DNA of 64,000 bases from Leucoraja ocellata (lineage: Eukaryota), in assembly GCA_036785375.1 (NCBI GenBank), contig JAWMAR010000094.1:1364001-1428000 (forward strand), written 5' to 3'. The position numbers and the translations under genes were made by a program. The notes beneath the pieces are model-generated. The model searched no databases. It worked only from the letters and a program-made list of their open reading frames with translations, and was not told the origin of the DNA. The first letter of the stretch is position 1. Every line of letters begins with the position of its first letter. This document shows positions 50,908 through 63,189 of the stretch, piece after piece.

Positions 50908-51948
50908 TCGTGTTCAAGAAGGAACTGCAGATGCTGGAAAATCGAAGGTACACAAAAATGCTGGAGAAACTCAGCGGGTGCAGCAGCATCTTTGGAGTGA
51001 AGGAAATAGGTAACGTTTCGGCCCAAAACGTTACCTATTTCCTTCCAATTGTTACCAATCCGGTAGGCGGCGCGACTCTCGTCAGCAGCGGCCTCTGCAG
51101 TCTGTCTGCGTTTTTATTATTTTTTGTCTATGTTTCTATGCAGTTTTTGTTATTTTTTGTTGGAGTGTGTGTGTGTGGGGGGGTGGGGTGGGAGGGAGGG
51201 GGTAACTTTTAAATCTCTCCCTGCACGGGAGACCCGACCTTTTCTTTGTCGGGTCTCCGTTGTCGTTGGGGCTGCAACGAGGAGCGGCCTCCAACAGGAG
51301 AAGACCGGGGACTCTGGTGCCGACGACTCACCTCACCGTCGCGGTGCTGGCCGAGTCCAGAGCGGGTGGAGCGGTGGTGGAGCGCTGCTGCTGCTGCGGC
51401 CCGACCTCCGGAGATTCAGAGGCTGCAACTGCGGGTCTGGCGGACGGCGGCACCGGGAGCCCGCGGGTCCCTGGAGGAGACCGCTTTTCAGGGCTCTCGC
51501 AACGGCGACTTCTCCCGCCCGAGTTGCGGGGTCGAAGAGCTCCTGGAGCGGGGCCTGACATCACCGCCCCGCGCGGCTTGGAATGGCCGGGGACTCTGCG
51601 AGCACACGCCGGGGGCTCTAACACCAAGACCCGGTGTGCGACCTCTCACCACCCGGCATGGCTTTAATGGCCGCGGGACAATCGCCATCGCCAGCCGGGG
51701 GATTTGACTTTGACTCTGACATCGGGGGGGGGGGGGGGAAGAGTGCAGTGGAGAGAAGTTTTTTTGGCCTTCCATCACAGCGATGTGATGGATGTTTATG
51801 TAAATTATGTTGTGTCTTGGGTCTATTTGTTTGGAATGTATGGCTGCAGAAACGGCATTTCGTTTGGACCTCAAGGGATCCAAATGACAATTAAATTGAA
51901 TCTTGAATCTTAAATTGAATCTTGAGTTTCTCCAGCATTTTTGTGTAC
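50908..51948. mobile_element. fold-back Penelope-type insertion with a nested element
   Basis: 14-bp TSD CATTGACAAATACT (50894-50907, 51949-51962); right arm interrupted between ~51047 and ~51923. Confidence 0.8.
51047..51923 (+). mobile_element. CpG-rich non-coding retroposon with Rex1-like 3' end and (TTGAATC)n tail
   Basis: No RT motifs; ends atttcgtttggacctcaagggatccaaatgacaattaaa(ttgaatc)n; a related tail occurs at 39972-40026. Confidence 0.7.
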
Positions 51949-52157
51949 CATTGACAAATACTGTTGAGAACTTAAATGTGTTTTTCAAAGGGTAAAAGTA
52001 ATCACCAGTATTTGTCTTGCATAACCCAAACCCAGCATTTTCTGACAAGAATTCTGATGCAGGTGCTTCCTGGCTGCCGGTGACGTGACTCTGATTTTGC
52101 GCAAATTCTCTTTTTAAAAAAACGAGAGTAATAATAAAATATATCATTGTATTTATT

Positions 52158-52267
52158 TAAGAAAGAACTGCAGATGCTGGAAAATTTGAAGGTAGACAAA
52201 AATGCTGGAGGAACTCAGCGGGTGAGGCAGCGTCTATGGAGAGAAGAAATAAGGGATAGGGGATACC
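52158..52267 (-). mobile_element. Penelope-type terminal repeat
   Basis: 14-bp direct repeat TCATTGTATTTATT (52144-52157, 52268-52281) flanks aagaactgcagatgctgg... Confidence 0.75.
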
Positions 52268-52534
52268 TCATTGTATTTATTAATGACTACGCAATATATT
52301 CCACTAATTGAATTATGCATGGTATTAAGGTGAATACTCAACAAAATGAAAGAATTGTAGTAAATGCATGATATGGGTTCTTATAGAAAATGTATGTTTC
52401 CAGCTTTCGGAGAAATCAGCTTGCGGACGGTTCTCAGAGCAACACCTTTATGTAACCCAGTGACAACCTGCACTTGTAACGTTTTGCATAGACGGATTCT
52501 ATTATGATGTAGCATTGTAAACCTGAAACATTGT

Positions 52535-52559
52535 GGGGGGGGGGGGGGGGGGGGGGGGG
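52535..52559 (+). repeat. G25 homopolymer
   Basis: Uninterrupted run of G. Confidence 0.9.
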
Positions 52560-53032
52560 ATGGATGGTATGTTCCTACAAAATGGTTAGTATCAACTTTC
52601 CATAAGGCAAAGCAGCATCTGCTCTTGCACCAAGAAATGCACGTTTTAAAAAAAATAAAATGTCTTTACTTATTACGTATCTCATATTTTTAATAGGTGA
52701 TTTATGTATTTTCTAAGAGTAAATTTCCGTGATCCAAATGACCAATATGCCGGAGTAGACTAAAATATATACCAGTAGTTTCTATATTAGATGGAAGTTG
52801 TTATTTTATAATGTCATTTGGTTTGGGCTTTGATGGATAACTTAATCCACATCCAAAAATAAACAAGTTAAAGGAAAAGTAATTCTGAAAATAATGCTCC
52901 AGCATTGACTAAAGACTTAGCATTTCAATTTATAACTATTGCTGCAGTGAAATCAACTGTCGACTTTTCCACTCAGTTTGCCTGCTTTAACCTCACCCCG
53001 CCAAATGTATTCACTCAGTAACAATTCCATTA

Positions 53033-54110
53033 ATGCTCAGCCCATTGTTGTTTGTTAACGATAAGGATAAGAATGTACAAGGCATGATTAGTAAGTTTGC
53101 AGATCACACTAAAATAGGTGGTGTCGTAGATGGTGAAGATGTTATCAAGAATTACAATGGGATCTTGATCAGCAAGGCAAATGAGGCAACGAATGGCAAA
53201 TGGGCTTTAATTCAGATGCAAATGTTAGGTGTTGTACTTTGGGAAGTCAAACCACTCCCGGATCTTCACTGAATGGTAGGGCCCCGTGTAGTGTTGTGGA
53301 ACAGAGGGTTCTGGTTCTGGTTGATTACTGTGCAAACACCTCATCAGTGGTTATCTCACGCAAATCTGGGAACATAGTATGTTTAAGAAGGAACTGCAGA
53401 TGCTGGAAAATCGAAGGTAGACAAAAGTGCTGGAGAAACTCAGCGGGTGTAGCAGCATCTATGGAGCGAAGGAAATAGGCAACCTTTCGGGCCGAAACCC
53501 TTCTTCAGACTGGAATGTAGAATAATGGTTGAGATATTACATTAACAATTGTACGAGACATTGGTGAGACCTCTCCTGAAATGTTATTCTCAGTTTTAAT
53601 CATGCTGCTAAAGGAAATATGCCATTAAGCTGGAAAGATTGCAGAGAAGAATTACGAGATGTTGCCAGGACTCCCAGGCCTGAGCTATAGGGAGAGTTTG
53701 GACAGGTTAGGGCTTTATTGAGCGCAGGAGGCTCAGCAGGAGGGTGAAGGGTGATTGTGTAGAGGTGTATAAAATCATAAGTGGAATAGACAGGGCGAAC
53801 GCAGGCTTTTTATCCCAGGATGGGAGAATCAAGAATTAGAGGACGTGGGTTTTGGGTGAGAGGGGAAAGATTTAATAGGAAGCTGAGGTTCAACATTTCC
53901 ATGGAGGGTGGTGGATTAAAAAAATGAGAATCCAAGAAGGAGCAGTTGATGCAAGAACAAAACATTTAGAAGATATTAGAACATGTACATGAATAGAAAT
54001 CCTTCAGAGGGATATTGGCCAGGTGTGGGCAAATGGGATTTGCTTGAATGGGGCATCTTGGTCAGCATGGACGAGAAGGGCCTGTTTCCGTTCTGTGTGA
54101 CTCTGACTAT
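53033..54110 (+). mobile_element. degraded CR1-type LINE with a Penelope repeat inserted at ~53380-53512
   Basis: MISKFADHTKIGGVVD; later ttggtgagacc..gccaggact..; 3' tail aagggcctgtttcc..tgactct. Confidence 0.85.
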
Positions 54111-54222
54111 AATGCACACGATCCTATTTATATTGAATGCTTATACTTGGTGGTACCAGAACTGAGCTAATTTACTAAGGTGACATTTAAGCAATGGGTA
54201 TGTTTTCTGCTGCAGTTCCATT

Positions 54223-54775
54223 CAGGGGCCGCGGAACGTTTTTGAAAGTGGGGGAGCTGAGCGATCACTGATCACCAGCCTCGGAGGTACCCGGTGAGGG
54301 AGCGGAGCGACCGAGGGAGTGGGAGGGTGGCACAATTACTATTTTCTGTTGTTGCTCGACCTCCAAAAACTGGGGGATAATTCAGGCCATCCCCCAACTC
54401 AAAAAGTGGGGGGATATATACCCCCATCTTCCCCCATCTCTCTCTCTCTCGCTCCCTCTCGGGGCCGTCTCTCTCTCCCTCTCGGTGCTCGGCAGATAAT
54501 CACAGCGCTTCGTTCACTGCCCCATATCTCGACTGTGAACCGTGCTGATGAGCGGAGGGGAGGGAGGGTTTTGGGGGGGGGGGGTGGGCAGTCGGTTTCC
54601 GTCACGGCTGGTCGTAGTTTTGCCGCGCTCACTTTGCGCTTGTTCTGAGATTCTGGATGTCGGAGGTCCTCAGAAGAAGAGAAAAATACGCCTGTGGGCT
54701 GGATAATTTTGGGTTATGAAGCATGTCTCCCAAAAAAATTGGAGGGGCTGCAGCCCCCCCGGTTCCGCGGCTCAA
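54223..54775. mobile_element. hAT-like MITE
   Basis: CAGGGGCCGCGGAAC left end and GTTCCGCGGC right end (terminal bases degenerate); GC-rich subterminal ggggctgcagcccc. Confidence 0.7.
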
Positions 54776-55111
54776 ACATTGGTATTTTCTTTTTAAAGCC
54801 CAATACTGGAGTATGATAGGTTCATCGCACAGCGCACTAAATCATCTTGCCTTTTGTCTCTGGTGACATAACTTAGCTAATCACAAATGAGCTGCACCAT
54901 TTGATGCTACAATTGTTTTCAGTGACCTACAGCTGAGAGAAAATTGTTCCCTTTTCTTGAACCTGATCTCCATCTGATGATTGCTGTTGCTGCAGGAATG
55001 TCAGCTTGGGGGTAAAGGTTTGGGTTTTGGCTGTGATCCACAGTTAACACTAAGACACAAGGACCTGCAGACGCTGAGTATAGGCTCAAAGAAGAATGAT
55101 TTCTTAAAGGT

Positions 55112-55174
55112 AGACACAAAGCTGGAGTAACTCAGCGGGTCAAGCAGCATCTCTGGAGAAAAGAAAAGGTGATG
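55112..55174 (-). mobile_element. very short Penelope-type insertion
   Basis: 12-bp direct repeat TTTCTTAAAGGT (55100-55111, 55175-55186). Confidence 0.7.
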
Positions 55175-55859
55175 TTTCTTAAAGGTTGGCCAATCCCTAT
55201 GTCTCAGCTAAGTGGTCACAGCATCGTTTTAGAGGCAAAAATGCACCTTGTTCAGATGTAAATGCAGGGAACGTGATTCGGTTTAAGTTGCTAAAGCTTT
55301 ATTTGTCTTTTCAGAAATGTAATTATTTCTAATGAAAATGTTCAGAATGTTTTCCAAGTGAAACATGGAATACTGTTTCACTTGAAGGGATCAAGGAAGA
55401 GGCGATTAAACAAAGTTGCACTAGAAAAACAGGTTTTCCAGACTTACACCTGGAAAACTTGGCTACATCATATAAATTTAAGTACGAGTTTGTGTTCTTT
55501 GGAAGGTCCTCAGTAAATGTTGTGTTCAACTAAGAAATCACCATTTGTGGCACCCTTCAAGTGCATGCACCGTGCTGAACTAATAATTTGGACTACGTGA
55601 CTAATTATTCTGAGGAGATTTTAGCATTTTGCTCTAAACCATGTGATGGTAGCTAGCTCAAAACCACAGATTTTAGATATATCCTACTCCCATAGGGAAA
55701 AACCTCCCTATAAGCACAAGCAGCACACTTTTGGGTGGGAGACTTCATTATGTGTCACTACTGTTTCTGGATACACGGTCTACCTCTAGGAACTTCCCTG
55801 ACTGAATCCTTGCCAATCCACCTGTGTCACAGCTAGAGTACAATGCATATTGCTCATAA

Positions 55860-56218
55860 TATATAAAATTCTAGAAGGACTGGACAAGCTAGATGCAGGA
55901 AAAAATTTCCCAATGTTGGGCGAGTCCAGAACCACAGTCTTAGAATAAAGGGGGAGCCATTTACGACTGAGAAAAAACGTTGTCACCCAGAGAGTTGTGA
56001 ATTTGTGGAATTCCCTGCCACAGAGGGCAGTGGAGGCCAAGTCACTGGATGGATTTAAAAGAGTTAGATAGAGCTCTAGGGGCTAGTGGAATCAAGGGAT
56101 ATGGGGAGAAGGCAGGCACGGGTTATTAATTGGGAACGATCAGCCATGATCACAATGAATGGCGGTGCTGGCTCGAAGGGCCGAATGGCCTCCTCTTGCA
56201 CCTATTTTCTATGTTTCT
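55860..56218 (+). mobile_element. CR1-type LINE 3' fragment
   Basis: ggactggacaagctagatgcagg..tgtggaattccctgccacag..tail ttttctatgtttct; same subfamily as 39140-39725. Confidence 0.9.
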
Positions 56219-57245
56219 AATAACTTTGTAAGCGCTCGTTATGTGGCGACTATTGCATACCTTGGGTATGCAAGCAAATAATTTCACTGTGACTTGACAC
56301 AAGTTAATAAAGTATTCATTCATCATTCATTCATTCGTATAAAAAATGATGCAATTATGCCAGCAAATGTGCAGGGGAGATTCACAACTATATTTCAAAC
56401 ATTGGAGAATTTTGGCTGAAGGAAATATTGAATTCTTTGGATCATAAGAGATGATGAGAGATTGGTAACATTTTCAGATGGCCAGATGGATGGTAATCCC
56501 TTCATACAAAAGATGGTATGGAATCCACTTCTGGAAAGGGTGATAAAGGCAGAAATCCCCATTACATGTGCAACGTAGATGGGAACTGGATATGTGGTGA
56601 CGGAGAAGGCCATTTACCAAGCACTTAAAATGTGAGAAAAGATTAGGTCGTTTTTTTTTTTTGCAATAGTACAGACTATGGGCTGAATGATTTCCTAATA
56701 TGAAATAGCTTTTTGTTTCCACAATACCAGGACTGCAACTGGTATACGGGAAAGGAAATGCCATCCTACTGAAACAGCCAACTATAAATATGCTTAGTAA
56801 GCCACAACTAACAGTGCAGATCAAAGATTTTGAAAACATTCAGGCTTTGACTGAATAATGTTTACCAAGCATTGAAAAGCCATTGCCAGTGAGAGGGAGA
56901 AGAGCAGCCTCTCCATTTAGTCAGTGGAATAGCTATTACCAATTTCACTAACTTTGAGTTGAAATTGACCCAAAATCTAAGTGGGGAAACCACATAAATA
57001 ACTAAAACGGGTTAAGTGCTGATTTCTGCAATAAAAACTTGCCTTTTGCCTTACCCAAAGCCTTTTCTATTTATCGCATGGAGCATGTTGAGTGTGTTTG
57101 GTTATTTTCCATTTGCCTGGATGTGTGTAGCCTCAACCACACCCAAAAGCATTGCAGAGAAAACAACCGGCTTGGTTTATATCTTAAATATTCACAGCCT
57201 ACGCCATCAACAAATATCACCTGCATGTTTACTATCTACTGAATC

Positions 57246-57378
57246 AGTCTGAAGAAGGGTCACGACCCGAAACGTCACCCATTCCTTCTCTCAAGTGATG
57301 CTGCCTGTCTCACTGAGTTACTCCAGTTTTTTGTGTCTCTCTTCGGTTTAAACCAGCATCGGCTGTTCGTTCCTATAC
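57246..57378 (+). mobile_element. Penelope-type terminal repeat with intact minimal hammerhead core
   Basis: CTGAAGA (57249-57255), stem GGGTC/GACCC (57257-57268), GAAA, then CGTC (57273-57276). Confidence 0.8.
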
Positions 57379-57515
57379 AGAACTTCATATCCCTCCAACC
57401 TGCACCACCCAGAAGAGGCAAGTGCAGTGCACACATTGGGAACAAAATAAGACACTTTCCCGACATGGAAAAAAGATTACCATTCCACATTGCTGTTGGG
57501 AATCCCAAAATCTTA

Positions 57516-57719
57516 AGGGCCTGTCCCACTTGGTGATTTTTTTCGGCGACTGCCGGCATCATATCAGGGTCGCCAAAAGATTTTGAGTGTTTCAAAATCC
57601 AGCGGCGACAAATAACAATATTGCGACACTTGAAAAACAGTGCGTGTCAATACGTAATCACGCCGCAAGTCAACGATGCCGGCAGTCACACGAAAAAATC
57701 GGCAAGTGGGACAGGCCCA
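57516..57719. mobile_element. PIF/Harbinger-type MITE
   Basis: TIRs GGGCCTGTCCCACTTG..GATTTTTT / AAAAAATC..CAAGTGGGACAGGCCC; 3-bp TSD TTA (57513-57515, 57720-57722). Confidence 0.9.
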
Positions 57720-57858
57720 TTAGCATTCCCTTAGAGCTGCTAGTAGAGAATACCTTCACCACAGAGCGTGCAATGATTCATGTGACACCTCACCTCAACC
57801 TTAAAGGGAACAAGGAATAAATGTTGTTTCTCTACAGTAACCATGTCCCACGAACATA

Positions 57859-58157
57859 GTGCCGCACGGTGATAGAGTTACTGCCTTACAGCACCAGAGA
57901 CCCGGGTTCCATCCTGACTACTGGTGCTGTATGTACGGAGTTTGTACGTTTTCCCCGTGATCTGTGTAGGTTTTCTCCAGGATCTCCGGTTTCCCCCTAC
58001 ACTCCTAAGACGTACAGATTTGTCAGCTAATTGGCTTGGTATAATTGTAAATTTTCCATGGTGTGTTTCGTATAGTGTTTGTGTGCGAGAATCACTGGTC
58101 AGCACGGATTTGGTGGGCCAAAGGGCCTGCTTCCACACTATCTCTATACTAAACTTA
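57859..58157 (+). mobile_element. tRNA-derived SINE (HE1/V-SINE-like)
   Basis: gagttactgccttacagcaccagagacccgggttc..tail gggccaaagggcctg..tctctatactaaac. Confidence 0.88.
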
Positions 58158-58684
58158 AAAACAACTAAACAATACAATTTCTCAAGTTAGAGTGGATCAT
58201 TAAATATTCACATAATGGTATTTTATCTGTCATATGCCTGGTGACTAATATCTTGAGGGATGTATAACAAACTTCTGCTAAATGATATCTATAAATAGCC
58301 TGCACTAGCTATATTTAATATCCCATTAAGCTTGGAAGCTTAAAATCAAACCATTGTGTCGTTTTTCTAATCAACATCAACATTAAGCCAGGCAATTTAT
58401 TATATCAATAAATAAAGGTCAAGAATTTGCAGTTGTAATTATGGTGAAACAGCCAGTGCTTGCTGTCATTACACCATGCAACTGTCAATTGACGTCAGAT
58501 ATGTACATGGGTAGTTAAAGGCAAAAACCAGAGTTTTCAGATTACCTCCTCTCCTCCCCTCCCCCACAGGAATTGCTGTTTCACAACCCTTTCTAGCAGA
58601 ATCAGTGAACTGATGACAATTTCAGGCATGTGCAAACTATTACTTGCAGTAGAAGACCACCATCTTTTTTTTGTTTGTTACATA

Positions 58685-58830
58685 AGGTTCAGAAGTTCTA
58701 GCAGCAAAATTAGGTAATTCGGCCCATCAAGTCTACTCCACCATTCAATCATGGCTGATTTATCTTTCCATCTCAACCCCATTCTCCTGCCTTCTCCCCA
58801 TAACCCCTGACACCCTTACTAATCAAGAAT
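58685..58830 (-). mobile_element. CR1-type 3' tail
   Basis: Same 3'UTR as 3690-3865. Confidence 0.8.
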
Positions 58831-59360
58831 GTTTGCAATGGTACACCAAGCCATAATTATTTAACAATCTCACTGGATCTGAATAAAGTATTTTCAAATG
58901 TGTTGATCGTTATTCTCTCAATAATGCTTGATAAAGTGTGCTCCGAAAACTAAAATAAGCTTATTGGATTCTAAATAAAACGTGTAAGTTCCAATCTTCA
59001 TGGTTGGTAAAAATGCTGAAATTAAATTAAAATACTGTACTTACTGGTTTGTCGTCTAGTGATAATTCTCAATACCATCGGCTATTTAGCCTGTGTTATC
59101 ACTGTTAGGACATTTTGAAATCTGGTGGGAACTGACATTGAGATGGCACAAATCCTTGTCACAGTGATTGCTTGATCTTTGTAGATGGCTTTCTAAGTTG
59201 GTGGCAAGCATCATCAACTTGGCATTGATCACAGACCATTTTAAACGGAGCAGTTTTCATGATTGGGAAAAATATTGAAATTATATCTGTTATAAACATC
59301 ATTGAGAAATGAAATGTTTATGATACTGGGCAACAAGCCAGAATATGTCCAAGTGTATAG

Positions 59361-59566
59361 GAAGGAACTACAGATGCTGCTTCAAACTGAAGGTAGACAC
59401 AAAAAGTTGGAGTAACTCAATGGGTCAGGCAGCATCTCTGGAGAAAAGGAATAGGTGACGTTTCGGGTCGAGCCTAAAGAAGGGTCTCGACCAGAAACCT
59501 ATTCCTTTTCTCCAGAGATGCTGTCTGAACCATTGAGTTACTCCAGTTTTTTGTGTCTATCTTTAT
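59361..59566. mobile_element. fold-back Penelope-type insertion
   Basis: Inverted arms; 15-bp TSD TGTCCAAGTGTATAG (59346-59360, 59567-59581). Confidence 0.85.
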
Positions 59567-60304
59567 TGTCCAAGTGTATAGTCTGACATATCTAATCAGC
59601 ATAGCAATGCTAACAACCAGGGAAATACTGCTTTACCTGGTACCAGATGAAAGAGGATGGCGCAAGAGGAAGGAAAATCATGCATTCCAGTTCTAGGAGC
59701 TTATTTGAAGAACTCTCTTGGGACATAGATTTAGTTAATCGTTGCATCTGAATTCATTGATTAGTTATTGCTCTTTGTAGAGCAATCCAATAAGTTTTCT
59801 TCCTACTATTTCTTATGAACTAATTCAGAAGGAAAAAATTCACTGCACAGAAGTTTTTCTTTTGTTATAATCAGTCTTTTATCTGCATGTCTTTTCTAAA
59901 TCGCTGTCCACTTAACCTTGCTGCCCACTACTGGGAATTCTCTCTATTCACTCTATTGAAACTTATCATGATCTAGAAGTATTTTCATAACTGCTTTAGC
60001 TCTGTGGTAGTACATGTTTTAAATTCTTGACAGACTTTGAGGTTTGCTTAATGATTGATAAAAGTTTATTAAAGCTCTGATTGCCTGCAGCTCTTGTTCT
60101 AAAATGGATGAAGTGCAGAAGAGACTTCTTCAGGAATCAGCGATTTGCAGAATGTTTTGTTGCCTAGAATGTACTGCCCATGACATGTTGAAAGAAATAG
60201 AACAGGTTAATTGAAAAGAATGGAGATGTATTACCGTATTTGATTCATTACCCTAGTCAAAGCAAACTGTAGCATAGCAGATATTCCTCTGCTCAGGGTT
60301 CAAT

Positions 60305-61330
60305 AACATAGTCATACAGTACGGAAATGGGCTCTTCGCCCCATCTTGCCCAAAACAACCGAGATGCCTCATCTACATTGATCCCACCTGCCTGCATTTG
60401 GCCTATAGCACTCTAAACTTGTCCTACCCATGTACCTGTATATGCCTCAACCAGGTCCTCTAGCAGCTCATTCCATGTACCCGCTGCCCTCTGTATGGAA
60501 AAAATTGCCCCTTAAATTCCTAATACATTTTTCTCCCCTCGCCTTAAACCTAAGCCTTCTAGTTCTTGATTCCACCTACTCTGGATAAAAGACTGTGCAT
60601 TCGCCTTATATATTCCCTCCACAATCTTAGATACCTCTATAAGATCACTCCTTATCATCCTGCACTCCGAGGAATTGAGTCCTAACCTGCCCAACCTTCC
60701 TCTGCAGCTTAGCCCCTTAAGGCCTGGCAACATCCTCGTAAGTTTTCTCTGCATTCTCTCCAGCTTAACAACATTCTTCCTAAAGCAGGGCGACAAAAAT
60801 TGAATATAACACTACTAATGTGGCTTCACCAACTTAAAATAACATCCCATCTTCTATACTCTACACCCTGATTAAAGGTCACTGTACTAAAAGCTGCCTT
60901 GACTACTTTAAATGAACTATATACCTGCACTTCTGATTCCCGCTGTCCTACCACATTCCCTAGCATCCCGCCATTCACTGTACGTTCTGCCCTGGTTTGA
61001 CTTCCCAAAATGCAACACCTTGCACTTGTCTATATTATACTCCATTAACCATTCCTCAGCCCACTGCCCAACTGATTAAGATCCTGTTGTGATTTTTGAC
61101 AACCATCTTCACTACAATGCCACCTACTTTAGTGTCATCTGCAAACTTACTAATCATGTCTTGTACATTCTGATCCAAATCGTTGATAGACCTCAAACAC
61201 CAATGGGGCCCAGCATCGATCTCGGAGAGACACACCACTAGTTACAGGCCACCAATACGATAAACAACCTTCCACCATGACTATCTGTTTTCTTCCGTGA
61301 ATCCAATTCTCTACCCAGTGGATCCCAGTT
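60305..61330 (-). mobile_element. degraded CR1-type LINE
   Basis: MISKFADDTKVGGIV (ORF 61056..61238); KLERMQRKLTRMLPGL (ORF 60512..60796). Confidence 0.9.
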
Positions 61331-61374
61331 TAAGTACAGACATAAACCTCACTAGTTATGCTTAGTGAGATTTG

Positions 61375-61622
61375 TCTGATTCAATGATATTTTATTGTCA
61401 CACATACAGTGAAATGATTTGTCTTTGCATACAATCAAGTAAAAAAAACATACAGCAGACCTCACCTAGGCAATACATAAAGTGTTGCCTCATTTTTGGC
61501 ACCGGCAAAGATACAAAAAGTTGATTGAACATATTTCCTCCTGGGGCGAGCCAGGCTTGCTGCCCCCCCCCCCCCCCCAACTGGGTCCCCCCCTTCATTC
61601 ACAGCGTCCCCCTGTGCTTGCC
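61375..61622 (-). mobile_element. 3' fragment of a non-coding retroposon with a Rex1-like tail
   Basis: Reverse strand ends atttcactgtatgtgtgacaataaaatatcattgaatc. Confidence 0.55.
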
Positions 61623-62034
61623 CATTAATTACTCCATGTAGGAGAATGAGAAAGTCACCTTCATTATGTACGTCAATCTTCATTATCTGCGTCAATCCTA
61701 TACCGCCGTATTCTCCTACAGCTAAGCATCTTGCCTGTGCACTTCGAAAATCTGATGTTAAGCCCGCTTGGAGGAATAACGAACTTAATACTGACGGCTA
61801 CAACAATCTGCATTGATGCTTTTTAAGCTGGACAAATTCTATTTATGTATGCAATTTCCCTATTTGTTAGCCTATTTAAATTTGCACCATGTTGCCATTA
61901 GTCCACTTAATCAAATGTAACAAAAGCATGGTATTTATAAATGTCACTGACTGAAAGTAACTTGTCTTGCCTTTAATGTATTATAAACAATGACAAAACA
62001 AATTTGATTTTCAAGACTTTGCCAAGTGTTAAAA

Positions 62035-62225
62035 TTTAAAGCTGGAAATATTCAACAGTCAGGCGAGAAATAGAATGAACACATTAAGGTTACTGACATT
62101 TCATCAAGTCTGATGAAAGGTCATTGACCTGAAACATTGACTGTTTCTATTTTCAGCTACCACTTAATCTGCTGAGCATTTCCAGCTTTTGGTTTATTTC
62201 ATATTTCCAGCATCTTCAGCATTTT
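62035..62225. mobile_element. older fold-back Penelope-type repeat with hammerhead-like core
   Basis: CTGATGA-AAGGTCA-T-TGACCT-GAAACATT at 62110-62138 within imperfect inverted arms. Confidence 0.6.
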
Positions 62226-62889
62226 GTCCGTGTTGGTTTTAAAAATGTCAACAATCATTTAGTCTGCAAAGATATGTCGCGAAATATGTTGCTTTTTCAT
62301 ATCGCAATTTGGAATGTTATTGAAACAGCTTGTTTAATTAGATTTAGTGTGAGCGCAAGAACTGACTAAACTCTCGAGTGGTTCCGCTAAAATCTGATCT
62401 CTAGACTGGTTCTGAAATTATATTAAATTGCAAATGAATAACTAATACCACAAAATTCAGATTTGTTTTTTGTATTATTATAAATTAAATAATATTCAGC
62501 ATTTCAAACAACTAAATATTTAGAGAAATATTTCAGAATAGTGAACTTCCACAGCTTAGCATATCCTAAATAAGTGAGTATTATGTACTTTAAGTTACAG
62601 AAGTGAAAATGGATTGTATGATTCAAAAGGAATTAGCTGTTCACTATGATTCTTCTGGAAATCATAGGTATCTTTCTGGCCACAATAAGATAACATGCTT
62701 TTAAATACCATTTCATCAGGTAAATGTTTAGAAAGAAGACAAGAATATTTTGGTAACGTTCCTGTAATTTACTGTCCTTGTAATTTGTTTTTATATCACT
62801 TGTCTATTATTTATCCAAACATTAAAAATGACCTGATTCACATGCTGTCGGAAATAACTGAAGTCTTCACGACTTTTTCTCTCTTACAG

Positions 62890-62976
62890 CCATCACTTCC
62901 TGTCCTTTACACGCTCTCCAGCCAGGCTACCCATGAAGCTGTCCACCTCCTCTGCAGGATGTTAGTCTTTGATCCT
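62890..62976 (+). CDS. nlk: Nemo-like kinase internal exon (87 nt), PSLPVLYTLSSQATHEAVHLLCRMLVFDP
   Basis: ttctctcttacAG acceptor, GTAAGT donor; continues the frame after ...GPHKQ; preceded by a 29.1-kb intron. Confidence 0.96.
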
Positions 62977-63189
62977 GTAAGTGTGTGCACTTATTTTCCA
63001 GTATGAGAAACACTTCGCCAGTACCTTGCATCACTCACAACTTAATGTCTGTCAGAAAACATCCACAATGACTATTAAATTGTGCTCGGGTACTAAACAT
63101 GGGGATTGTTGTTCCATAGCTTCTTTCAATCTTACATTAAAAATTAATGGAAATAATGTTGTGGATGTATGATCTTTAATTTCTGCAGG

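Noticed and set aside
51124-52147. Overlapping 100-219 aa ORFs
   Set aside because: By-product of GC-rich repeat sequence; no recognisable domain or splice structure.
52380-52475. Possible Tigger-like MITE end (gtaacccagtgacaacctg)
   Set aside because: No matching left terminus could be identified by eye.
52535-52559. G25 and other G/C homopolymers as functional G-quadruplexes
   Set aside because: Such runs recur throughout the window, mostly within repeats, and their lengths are error-prone; no evidence of function.
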